Shown here in pieces: positions 1-10,837 of a stretch of 64,000 nt of DNA (the stretch's first letter is position 1; every line of letters begins with the position of its first letter). The notes beneath the pieces were generated by a model that had not been told where the DNA came from, did not search any database, and saw nothing but the letters and a program-made list of their open reading frames with translations. A program made the translations under genes and the position numbers. This stretch comes from Macrostomum lignano (lineage: Eukaryota), in assembly GCA_002269645.1 (NCBI GenBank), contig NIVC01000788.1, forward strand, positions 1 through 64,000. The letters run 5' to 3'.

Positions 1-777
1 CCTCGGTAAACTCGTCCAATGTCGGTATTTGTTGCTTTTCAGAGATGACATAGGCGTTTAGGTTGCGCAGGTCCTGGCAGATTCGGACTCCGCCATCGTC
101 CTTTGAAACTACTACCATGCGGGCCACCCACGCGCAGGGTCCTTTTACTGGCTCGATGATATCTTGCCTTTCTAAGTCTTTCAGCTCCTTGATGACAGAT
201 TCTCGGAGATGCGCTGCAACTCGGGCTGGCGGATGACACACCGGGCCGCGTTGTCTGACAGCTGAACTTCGACCTGCACGCCTTTGATGCATCCAATTCC
301 GTCAAATACTTTTTGTGCTGATGCAAGATGTCCTGAATGTTCTGGCTTTCACACCCCTCGGCAGCTTTGACGTTGGAGTTGACATCTTCTGTCTGGCTGA
401 GAATTGGCAGCTGGATATGCAGGATTCCTAGCTCAAAGGCAGCTTGGCGTCCGAGTATCGTTAGACCGTCGTCGTCGAGAACGTGGAAGGGCACAGTTGC
501 GCTAGCGGTACCTATTTTGATGCCTAAGCTCGCAGTACCGATGATTTTGAGAGGTTCGGGCGTTCCATTATGCATGAACTTTTACCTTGGTGGTTCGAAT
601 TCGCTGATCGCCCAGCTGTCGGAATGTGTTGATGTTCATGATACTGCAGCTGGCTCCGCTGTCCACCATCATCGGTAGCTTACAGTCTCCGATTTCGACA
701 GTTAACGAGACGTCTGCTGGGTAGCTGCTGTCTTTGCAAGGCCAAAAACGTCTTCGCCGATGCTAGCGTCGAGGTTT
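1..777 (-). mobile_element. Decayed Ty3/gypsy-type LTR retrotransposon pol fragment (aspartic protease + start of reverse transcriptase), frameshifted, truncated by window start
   Basis: Minus-strand translation across frameshifts (~571, ~320, ~245): LTVEIGDCKLPMMVDSGASCSIM (protease DSG at ~652-663), then GTPEPLKIIG...LGRQAAFELGIL, KVFDGIGCIKG, and VCHPPARVAAHLRESVIKELKDLERQDIIEPVKGPCAWVARMVVVSKDDGGVRICQDLRNLNAYV, a typical gypsy RT N-terminus. Confidence 0.9.
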
Positions 778-840
778 GGCGTTGGATTGGAAATCCAATG
801 GGGTTTCCCCGCGCAGGTTCGTATCCTGCTTGCGACGCCA
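778..840 (+). pseudogene. 3' 63 nt of a tRNA-Ser with encoded CCA; on the minus strand it is an extended primer-binding site of the gypsy element
   Basis: Anticodon arm TTGGA/TTGGAAA/TCCAA (782-798), long variable arm GGGG-TTT-CCCC, T arm GCAGG/TTCGTAT/CCTGC (813-829), acceptor 3' strand TTGCGAC, discriminator G, CCA at 838-840. The 5' acceptor strand is not recognisable. On the minus strand it reads ...CTACA-G-TGGCG, an LTR-end/PBS junction. Confidence 0.85.
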
Positions 841-841
841 C

Positions 842-1293
842 TGTAGGAACCCTGACAAGGCGTGTGAGTTTGTTGGATCGATACCGATAGCAAAGTCCTA
901 ATACGAGTGAATGCCAATGCGTGTATTTAAATATTAGTCAATGGGGGGTTGGCGCGTGCATGGTTGGAGAGTTGAATGTACGCCTATATAGAATGACAGA
1001 GAGATAGAAGAGGCCAACCCTCTTTCGTGAAGCGAAGAAATACCCGTTACCTCAAGTGGCCAGTTTTTCTTATTGATTTTTATGACTTTTGCTTTCTGTG
1101 GAATCTGTCAAACTGAGAAATGAAGCGACGGAATTTTTGCTGGCTAGTGTTTTTTATTCAAATAAAAACGAAAACGAGTATAAAATGAAAACGTAGAACG
1201 TGTATACAAAATGTACACAAAACGGAAGTGAGCAGGTTAGATTTGTCAGAGCAGTGGCATCTCAGAGAGAAGTTGTATTACTTGTCATCGACA
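842..1293 (-). mobile_element. Probable 5' LTR of the gypsy element (distal boundary uncertain)
   Basis: Ends in ...CTACA one base before the TGG of the PBS; TATA-like CTATATAG near 985; candidate TG start at 1293 (TGTCG). No second LTR in the window to confirm. Confidence 0.45.
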
Positions 1294-4259
1294 CAAAACA
1301 AAGTTACTAGCACTGCACTTAGCATTTGAGCTAGCACTAGAAAGTTTAGCCGACTTTCGCTTATTTCGAGCCCCAGCTCCACCAACCGAAATGTCTTTGA
1401 CCAGATTTTTCATCATGCAGTTGAAAAATGCACTGACGATTCCTTCTTTCGCATCATGACCTTCCGTGCACATCTCGTCTGACACATGCATGTCTGCCTC
1501 AGTGGTAAAATATTTTTGACTACTCTTTCTTTGCTTCCACTCCAGATTCTAATTATAGAACTCCTTGGTTTGGCAATCAGAAGCGTTGTCAGTGGTCTTG
1601 ATCTATATGAAAATTACTGTGAGCTCGTCAAATATTGCTCAATGTCCATTTTTGCCTAAATAAAAACAATTTACTGGTTTGAATACAATATTTTCCTGGA
1701 AAGAAAGATCGTAAAGCGTGACTTTTATAATTTTCATACGCCTTACGCCCTACCCTAGCGATAGGCCTGGCCAGCTATGAAATCGATAGGCTTAAGTGAT
1801 ACTGATAAGTGATAGGCTCCTGGAGATGTACTCAGCTGCTTCAGAAAAAACGATTCTGCCCTCTGTTTTCCCCCTTTCTACATTGCAAAGCTGCCTTTCC
1901 ACTTCAGGCAAGGCCACACAGCACACACGAAGATGGCCACAGCATTGAATCTCTGTTAGGCCCTATATTTACTCTTTCTCTCTATACCATTAATTATCAA
2001 CTTAATAGGGAAATAGCTATTGTAATATTAACTAATATGTTTAATCAATCATATTAATATTTATAAACACTGATAGGAGGCTCAGGCAGGCTATAATAGA
2101 TTTGAAACTAATTACATATAATACAAAACTTTAATATTTTTCTGTGGCTATCATTGCATCTATCAAATTTATCACTATTAGTTTATCAAGGAACCATTGC
2201 TAGTAGTAATGCTATCATACATGTGCAACCTCCAAAATTTGGTCGGCCATGCGACTTAGGCCCTACTTTTAGTTTTAACAACTAACAATTAATGCAACTC
2301 TGGGTCATGTGCCACATATATTGAATATTGGACTTAACATAGACTATTATAGTAGTATACGTATAGGCCTATATAATATAATAATAACTCAAAAACTTCT
2401 AGCTTATAGGCCTTATATTCCACTTTTATAAGCTATAGTAGGCACTTCAGTGAGAAAATTAAATTTCAGAAATTGTTATAGGCTGCTATTTCACTAGATA
2501 GATCTTACTTTCCCATTTCCAAAATGGCCAAACTTTAGTGATTTGGTTGAGTAATAAGGAAACTACAGCTATTTTAGTAACCCCGATTTGTGCCTTTAGC
2601 CAATGGAATTTTTACATTACGGTTTGTGATCATTTTTGGCCAAAAAGTTGGCTTTTTGTCTTTGAACACTTGTAATTAATTTTCTAGCCAACCAAAATGA
2701 CTGTGCTTAGTGTCATTTTGTTCAGTTTTTTAGTGTTAATTGTATGAATTATATATTTTAATATTATTTTATATGCCCAAGTTGCTAAGCTAATTGAAAC
2801 AGGATGGGTGTATGAAATTTTGACTATTTTAACCAGATACGCAATGATTGCAATTTTAAAAATACAATAGCATCTGTTCTGCTTGCTTAATTTATACAAG
2901 GCTAGTGTCATTTTGTTCAGGTTTTTACCTACTATAATACTATTCTACTTCTTGCCCTAAATTTTTAATGCATGACAGACACCCCAACTGCAATGTAATG
3001 TGCTGTACAGGCTTTGCGCATGGGTTTATTAAAAAACGGTTTTGCCTATCGTGTTCAGCATAGCAGAATTAGTTAAATGACACAGAGAACTAGTTTGCCG
3101 GAAGGCAGAGTCTCACAAAAAACACGAAATACACGTTTCAATGGGTATTTTACATGTAAACGTATCAAAAAAAGAAACCTCCACAAAATTTTTGCGCCTA
3201 TAGCTATTGGCAAGCGGTTTTTTTTACTGTGCTTGTATTGTCAATAGGTAATGAAAAATATAAAGAGAAACAATGCAGGAAAAGGATTTCATGGAAAATT
3301 TTGGATTTGAAATTTTGCATAGAGCCATATGGGCATTAAAAGAAAAAAAAAATTTTTTTTAACACCAGAAAAATGTTTCTAAATTATCCCTTTACACTAT
3401 AAAACCTTTGTTTCCATTATAAGAAACACATTGCAGCTAAGAAAAAGCATTTTCTGAACCACTGTTTTTTTATTCATTTTGGCTTCAATTTTATATTCCT
3501 CCTAAAAAATGGTCAACTTTAAAAATAGACAGTGCAAAAAGTATAACAAAGCTAGACTTGCAGTTGGTGTCATTTGAAAGAGCTCCTTTTTACCTTTTAA
3601 ATGCATATTTTACTTTCATCCTGGCTTCTATAGTTTCTTTAAAATCGCCCTTGAAAAATTGGACTTTTTTCTTACTTTTTTGCCATTGGCACGCACTTCT
3701 TATAACTCACTGAAGTCCCTAGCTATAGTCATACGACATATACGCATAGAACTATTTAAATATCCAAAAAATATAGGGCCTATCAAAATATATAATATTG
3801 TATTACTTTAGCCTTGCAATTATTATTAGGGCCTATATTCATACATATACAATATATCTAACTTAGTTAATTTAGTCAAGTGACAAAATAGCCAAGGCAA
3901 GTATATCATAAAACTAGGCCTATTCAATTAAGCATAATAAGTTATAATGTAATATACAAGAAAAAACACTCAATAAATAAAATAAAACATATAAATACAT
4001 ACAAAAATGATTCTAAGTATAACTAGGGCCTATTTAGCATTTTTATCAGAAAAATATATTGACTAGATAAAATATAAAAAGGTTTTAAACATATAAGATA
4101 TAGGCCTTATGATATGTTAGCCTAGGAATATAATATATTATCTCTAAAGATCAGGCGCATCACTATGGATTTTATGGTAGGAGTAGGAGGAGACAAAGTC
4201 AAGAATTCTACATGTATATATACATGACAAAATTCCTATACGCATATTATTTTTAGAAG

Positions 4260-4545
4260 TGGTATTGTTAGCACTTATTTTATCACTATAAGCACTCATT
4301 TTAGTGCCACATGCACTTATTTTAGTACCACAAGCATTATTTTAATGCCACAGGCACTAATTTTAGTGCCGCAAACACTCATTTTAGTATTGCAGGTGCT
4401 ATTTTATTGCCATGCAGCAAAAAATTATTGATTTCACAATGGGCCACTAGGTGGGAGTGGGAGGGACAAAGCATTAGTATGTCTCTCCCATATCTTTTAC
4501 TAGAGGGGATATGCCCCCCCCTGTCCCCCCTGTTGGCAATACCCC
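4260..4545 (+). mobile_element. Old, degenerate copy of the 21-bp-minisatellite-bearing element seen at 34150-34990
   Basis: Eroded GCACTCATTTTAG units followed by GCAAAAAATTATTGATTTC...GGGACAAAGCATT...CCCCTGTCCCCCC..TGGCAA.ACCCCT, in the same order as 34860-34988. Confidence 0.7.
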
Positions 4546-5899
4546 TACCAAAGATATATTTTCTAATAGAATAAGAATATATAGATAAAGTAAGGTATAC
4601 TATTATTTATACTATAAATAAAATAGTTTATATTTTGCAGTTTGAATTTACAATTAGTTGGCCTCGTTTTTTCCTATAAAAAACTAAATATCTTATGGTA
4701 TGAACTTAAGTCAAAACTGATTATTTAAATTTTATTAATTAATCTAAAAAAAGTCAAGATAAAAGATTAGAAAGAATACAAATACTCAGTAAGCTAGATT
4801 GCCATTGTGAAATTTCAAAGGACCTAAGAGCCTTTTCTATACTTTATGATAAATGCATAGGTTATATATATAGCTATATACATATAAGATCAAATAATAT
4901 ATTAGTATATAATCTAGCTCTATACTATCTTTAATTTTATCAACAACTCACAGATTAAATATCAATTGAAGAGACCCACTTATAATTCATATAATATAGT
5001 ACTTGCAAGTAGTAGCTTAGCACTAGGCCATAAGCCTATACCACTATATGCTTAATAACTCTGGGCTATAGCCTGCAAAGTCCGACTGCGATAAGCAGTA
5101 TAGTAATTATATAGTCATGCCAGCTTCCAAGCTTCCAGATCCTAGCTATTCAATTCCACTCCAAGGCAGCTTGCTTGCATCTAGTTATATTTTCTCAGAT
5201 GCTCTCAAATGGACAGATATATTAGTATAAACTGCTGATAAATCATCATCTTGGGCCTTTAGGAGAGGCTCTGCACTCTGCGCCACTGTTGTCTGCAATT
5301 TTCTGCTCAGGGATCAGATCTGGAAGCCCAGCCATAGGCTTTATGTTTGGCAATTTGGTGTAGATGGTATAGACAGTAGCTGGGGAAATCCATTAACTAC
5401 TACTCTTAGTATGATTAGTAGTGCATTTTCTTCACAATCCAACTGGCTAGTGGGCTATTGTCGACTGTCATTTTGACTTTTCATTTACCCTCGGTGTGAA
5501 GTTTGTATGCTGTTATACTAATTAACAGTTTAGTACGGTAGAAGACGAGTTGAATTTTTAGAAAAAAACTATTTTAACGCTGATATTATGGGTGTATTAC
5601 TGCTATGGGTTTGCATACAGTAGCGAGTGTAGTAAATCTTGATACACTAGTATTTTTGTCACGAGTTGGTGCTTAATGCAGCTCTTTACTATATCTATTT
5701 AAACCTCTCCTGAAGTGCCAATTTATCAGATACTCAGATATCTTTGACTTTCATTCTATTGAAACGTTATATAAAAAGTTTTTTCACCTTAATATCAACA
5801 CTGTTGACTGCTTAGAAGTCAGTGCTGAATTCCAATTCTAAACCCAGTCTATTTAAGCTCGTTTATACCGTTGGTCTTTTTTCAGAGCTCAAAGCCGGT

Positions 5900-8800
5900 A
5901 TGAGCAGTGCTCAACCTGCAGCTAACGCGAACCGCCTGGACGCCTATCGCAGCTGCTGCAAACCTGGCTGCACCAATCAGCAAGCGGCGCACCTGCTGCA
6001 CACCTGTCTGCACCCTGTGTGCAAGAACTGTTGCTCAGCCGGTGCCGCCACCACTGAGTGGATCTGTCCCAAGCCTGACTGCGGTCTGGTGAGCCGCCGT
6101 CTGCTTGACAATCCAGCCGTAATGCTCACCCCGCTGCCAGCTGACAGCCTCTGCTCCTGCAAGTCCTGCCACAGAGTGCACCAGCCCAACGATCAGCGCT
6201 TCCCTGTTGTGGCCTATTGCGACAAGTGCAATTTGCGCATGTGCCGCAATCGGCTGGCCGCTCACGTCTACGATGTGCGCGATTGAGTGTACCTGTATTT
6301 TTGTGACCTTATGCGCCCATCAAAGTCCTATTAGTTCTTGTCGAGAATTGAACCTCACCCTTCAGATATCCAAAATCACCTTCTGGAATCTGGATACCCA
6401 AGCCGCCAAAAAGCTACCTATCAAAACTAGCTAAAGACTAGGGAAAGTAAAACTATAGTGTGTGAGTAGGCCCAGTTACAAAACCATCTCTCTCCGCGCC
6501 CAATCCGGCAGAACTGCAACGGCCAGGTGCAGCACTTGCCAGATCCGCGGCCCCCGCAGCTTGCCTGCAGCCTGCACCCGAACTGGTCAGTTATCCTGCT
6601 GTGTGTCAGCTGCAGCAAGCCGCTTTGCAGCCAGGAGTGCTTCCGCTTGGGTTCCTGTCCGCACTGTCGACAAAAGAAAGTCGAAAAACTGGCCGGGACA
6701 CTGTCCAACTGCCTGACGAACATGTCAGCCAGATCGGCCGCTCTGCGCAAGCGCTCTATCCAGCTGGCCGAGAGTCGAGACCGACTGGCCGAGTCGCAAC
6801 GTCGTTTAAAGTGCAGCGCCGAGCAAATCGTGTCCGACAATCGGCTGGCGTTCAAACGGGCGACGGAGATCGCCAGACAGCACGTCACTGACGTGGCCAT
6901 GCAGATTGACGCCCTGGCTAGGCTGCGCAAGGACCGCCTTAGCGGCATGCTGTCAGCCTGGGCAATTGAACAGGTCCATTGGCGCCGGCTGTACGGTCTA
7001 GCCAGGCTGGCCACCGAGCTGCACTCGGCTAGCGAGCCCGCCCTGTCTGTCCGGTGCGTTAGCTGTAGCCGCCGCTTGCGGAATCCATTCCCAAGTATTT
7101 GATCCGTACATCTGCCTACGCAATATTCTTCCATCCCTCCGTGTCCTTAACCAATGAACTTCACTAACATCCCTACATGTCCCTAACCAATAAGCTTCAC
7201 TAACATCCCTACATGTCCCTAACCAATAAGCTTCACTAACATCCCTACATGTCCCTAACCAATAAGCTTCACTAGCATCCCTACATGTCCCTGACCAATA
7301 AGCTTCACTAGCATCCTACATGTCCCTGACCAATAAGCTTCACTAACATCCCTACATGTCCCTGACCAATAAGCTTCACTAACATCCCTACATGTCCCTA
7401 ACCAATAAGCTTCACTAACATCCCTACATGTCCCTAACCAATAAGCTTCACTAACATCCCTACATGTCCCTAACCAATAAGCTTCACTAACATCCCTACA
7501 TGTCCCTAACCAATAAGCTTCACTAACATCCCTACATGTCCCTAACCAATAAGCTTCACTAACATCCCTACATGTCCCTAACCAATAAGCTTCAATAACA
7601 CCCTACATGTCCCTAACCAATAAGCTTCACTAACATCCCTACATGTCCCTAACCAATAAGCTTCACTAACATCCCTACATGTCCCTAACCAATAAGCTTC
7701 AATAACACCCTACATGTCCCTAACCAATAAGCTTCACTAACATCCCTACATGTCCCTAACCAATAAGCTTCAATAACACCCTACATGTCCCTAAACAATA
7801 AACTTCACTAACATTTCTACATGTCCCTAACCAATAAGCTTCAATAACACCCTACATGTCGCTAAACAATAAACTTCACTAACATTTCTGCATGTCCCTA
7901 ACCAATAAGCTTCGCTAACATTTCTGCATGTCCTTAACCAATAAGCTTCAAAATCCCTAGATGTTTACGAGTAATTCTAGAATCTTTTATCCACCGGTCT
8001 GTCACATTCTTGATCGCGAAATGTTCAAATCCTCATAGAAACCTCCTAGCAGCAGAGTTCGATCCCTCTTGCACCCTTGCAGGCAGCGCATCACTATTGG
8101 CGCTTTGAGCACTCTTGAGGTGGCCTGCAAATCCGCGTCGCGTCGATCGGCTTCGGTTCCGTCGGCTCAGGACTGCCAGCTCGGCCCGTATTTAATGTTG
8201 CGACTGGACTTTAGCAAATCCGCTGTGCCCAGATTGCTGACTCTGGGCGGTCCCTGTCTGCGTCTAGTTAAGCCGGGCGAAGATGGACAGGAGGAAGGTG
8301 AGCACAAATGTGCTGGTTTGGTGTGGTTTGGATTTGTTTGGTGTGGTTAAGTGTAGTTTGGTTTGAATTGGTGTGGCGTGGTGTGGTTTGGATTAGACTG
8401 GTGTTTTTTTAACTCAAGTATACTCAGCAACATCGAAAAGTCACCATCACAGAAGATTCCGTCTGTGGTCGCCACTTCTGAGAAGTAAAGTCTCAATCTT
8501 TGCGAGTGACGCAATTTAAAATAGCTACGCCGCGGAAGACTTGAGTTGAGGAATGAAGTAGGGGAAGCGGTGTGAGAGGGTTGGAAGGATTACCCCGATC
8601 AGTTTTCTCGTATCTTTTATTTCATAATAGCATAACAGAAATTGCTCACTGGCGCATAGAGTGGCGACTTTTTTTAACGTTGCTGAGTATAGGTTCGGCT
8701 TAGGGGCTAGAGCAGCTCAGCGGTAAACGCGTCCGACTCGCGCGCCACGACCCCTGGTTCGATTCCGTGCGCAAACACATTCAATAGGAACTGGCGCACG

Positions 8801-9335
8801 AAAATTGGCCGGAGGGTGTCTGCGATTCACACCCATGAGGGCCAACCCACAAGGCACAGAGAGTGTACATGCTTGACGATTAGCAAGCCAGGGCCGCTGT
8901 GCACCCTGCGTGCCTGCGTACAGTATTAGCGCGCTTGTCAGGAGCCAGGACTCAGGAGTCAGCGGTATAGGCAGAATCGCCTCAGCGGTGGTTGTGTTAC
9001 GATGTCGCCGAACGCGTTGCGCCAGGATGCCTGCAGCCTTCCTGCAAATATTATCATTGACATTAGGTTCAGCTAATACCGCAACTCTATTTGACTATTT
9101 AACCTTCTCACGGCGTGTTTCACAAATCTTAGCTTGAAAACCAGGCGTAGTGACAGACTATGCAATAGCAATCGTTACGTCTGCTATTGCATAACTTGGT
9201 TCTGATTCAGTTTGTATCGTGTGTCATCTCGGGCTTAGTGGAGGGGGTGCTCTTATTATGCCTGTGTTGCATGCTGTCAATCTTGATTATTCTTGCTTAT
9301 AATTTTCAGAAATCAATGTCACCTCACCGGAGTAG
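5900..9335 (+). CDS. TRIM/TIF1-like RING - B-box - B-box - coiled-coil protein (~397 aa)
   Basis: Proposed exons 5900-6274, 6476-7053, 8083-8297, 9310-9335 (phases 0,2,1 compatible; last exon tentative). RING-like C..C...CLHPVCKNC...CPKPDC; B-box-like AYCDKCNLRMC...AH and CSLHPNWSVILLCVSCSKPLCSQEC; then a helical coiled-coil segment. Confidence 0.65.
7142..7950. repeat. 36-bp tandem minisatellite (~22 copies), intronic in the TRIM model
   Basis: Unit TGTCCCTAACCAATAAGCTTCACTAACATCCCTACA. Confidence 0.95.
8419..8691. mobile_element. MITE with ~28-bp imperfect TIRs and TA/TATA ends
   Basis: Left TATACTCAGCAACATCGAAAAGTCACCA; right GTGGCGACTTTTTTTAACGTTGCTGAGTATA. A related copy is at 29324-29544. 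Confidence 0.75.
8701..9050 (+). mobile_element. tRNA-derived SINE (copy 1)
   Basis: A-box-like GCAGCTCAGCGGTAAA and B-box GGTTCGATTCC; body CAAGGCACAG...AGGGCCGCTGTGCACCCTG...GATGTCGCCG...GCGCCAGG shared with the copies at 29545, 32320 and 53025. Confidence 0.8.
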
Positions 9336-9911
9336 CAACACGTTGGCCTTCGTATAGCCGTGGCCATTGTTATCTTTGTTTGCGCATACAATGCAGGGCC
9401 GGGTGCTACGGACTGGATTAGACTTTGAACCTGCGCAATCTATAGCCAAATGCATCAAAGCGTGCACCCTCGCTTCTTGTAATGTAAGAGTTCTCTTGCT
9501 GGGGGCTTCTTTATCAGGCCTGCAGACTTTCATTGCCAGTACAGATAAGTGGGCTAAGTTAGCCTAACTCGGTACAGCTAGAGGTCAGCCATCACCTTCT
9601 CTGCTTGACTCCAAACCAGTTAAAATCAGTCGCTAGTTAAATTTAGTTTTCAAATCCGGTGTACAAGTAGCTCTTCGCACGCCTGTTCTTCGTTGCTTTG
9701 CATTTGTTTTTTTCAAATAACATTCAAAATTTAAACTGCTGAATCTACCGTTGCTTCAATTCTAATTTGTTTTAAGTTTCCAGCTGATAATAATACAAAT
9801 AATAAATTTGTGTGCAATGACAGTGTTTGTTTATCAAAATTCTCATTAAATTGATAATCGAAAGTGGAATATCTTTTTAGCTCTGTGCTTTGCCTTATTT
9901 CTGCTGGGATA

Positions 9912-10425
9912 ACCCGGTTAAAAAGGATTTGGGGCAAAATGTTGAATTTACGACAGAAACGACAGTGGCACGACAAGCACGACAGTGATACGACAGAAAC
10001 TATACGATAGTCATCACTGTCGTATGGCACTGTCGTAGACTGTCGTACAGTACTGTCGTATGGTCACTGTCGTACAGTACTGTCGTATGGTCACTGTCGT
10101 ACAGTACTGTCGTATGGTCACTGTCGTAGACTGTCGTACAGTACTGTCGTATGGTCACTGTCGTAGACTGTCGTACAGTACTGTCGTATGGTCACTGTCG
10201 TAGGGCACTGTCGTACTCTGTCTTAGGGTACTGTCGTATGGTCACTGTCGTACTCTGTCGTAAGATCTAGGTGGGTCAATGTGGGTCAAGGTGGTTGACT
10301 CAAGAAAGTTGGGATGCGGCACTGTCGTATTATGTCGTAAAAACGCCTGTCGTATGCTGACGAGGACTGTCGTAAAAGCTCTGACGTATAGCTCTGTCGT
10401 ACGACTGTCGTTTTTTTAAACGGGT
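9912..10425. mobile_element. Foldback-like MITE with internal CTGTCGTA minisatellite
   Basis: Termini ACCCGGTTAAAAA and TTTTTTTAAACGGGT; motif occurs as (TA)CGACAG in the left ~100 bp and as CTGTCGTA tandem units in the remainder. Confidence 0.65.
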
Positions 10426-10837
10426 AAACTATTCGTAACTATCTATATCGTCTATTTGATTGTATCTATATATCATTTATGTGAACTAGTCGTATGCTTT
10501 GGTGAATTTGGTGGATGCGTTATGAGATTATGGGATGATGTCTTTTATTTTATAGATTTCGCTTTCGTTTTGTCCTACCCGATGTACTTGTTCACGCTGT
10601 CCTGATCCATGCAGGACTGGCTGGTGGTTGGCGAGATTAGAGGCAGATTCATTTATTATTATACATTTAAGAGTATTTAAGAGTTGCATACAGCGAAAAT
10701 TATTTTACAAAATACTGTACAGAAGTGCGTGTTCGCGTAGTACGAGTATGTGCCTCATGTGTACGGTTACTTGAGCGTAGTAAAACTGCAGAGTTGAAGT
10801 TTCAAACATTAAAATACAGTATCGATCTCCTACAATG

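Noticed and set aside
778-840. Functional tRNA-Ser(GGA) gene
   Set aside because: No 5' acceptor strand or intact A box, encoded CCA, non-canonical T loop, and it sits at an LTR/PBS junction.
2400-3750. AT-rich block with an internal duplication (GTGTCATTTTGTTCAG at ~2710 and ~2905), possibly an old DNA transposon
   Set aside because: No TIR pair, TSD or coding remnant could be established.
5080-5450. Possible decayed LINE 3' end on the minus strand
   Set aside because: Only vague peptide resemblance with several stops.
7142-7950. CRISPR-like array (36-bp periodicity; also 62950-64000)
   Set aside because: Head-to-tail repeats with no unique spacers, no cas genes, eukaryotic context.
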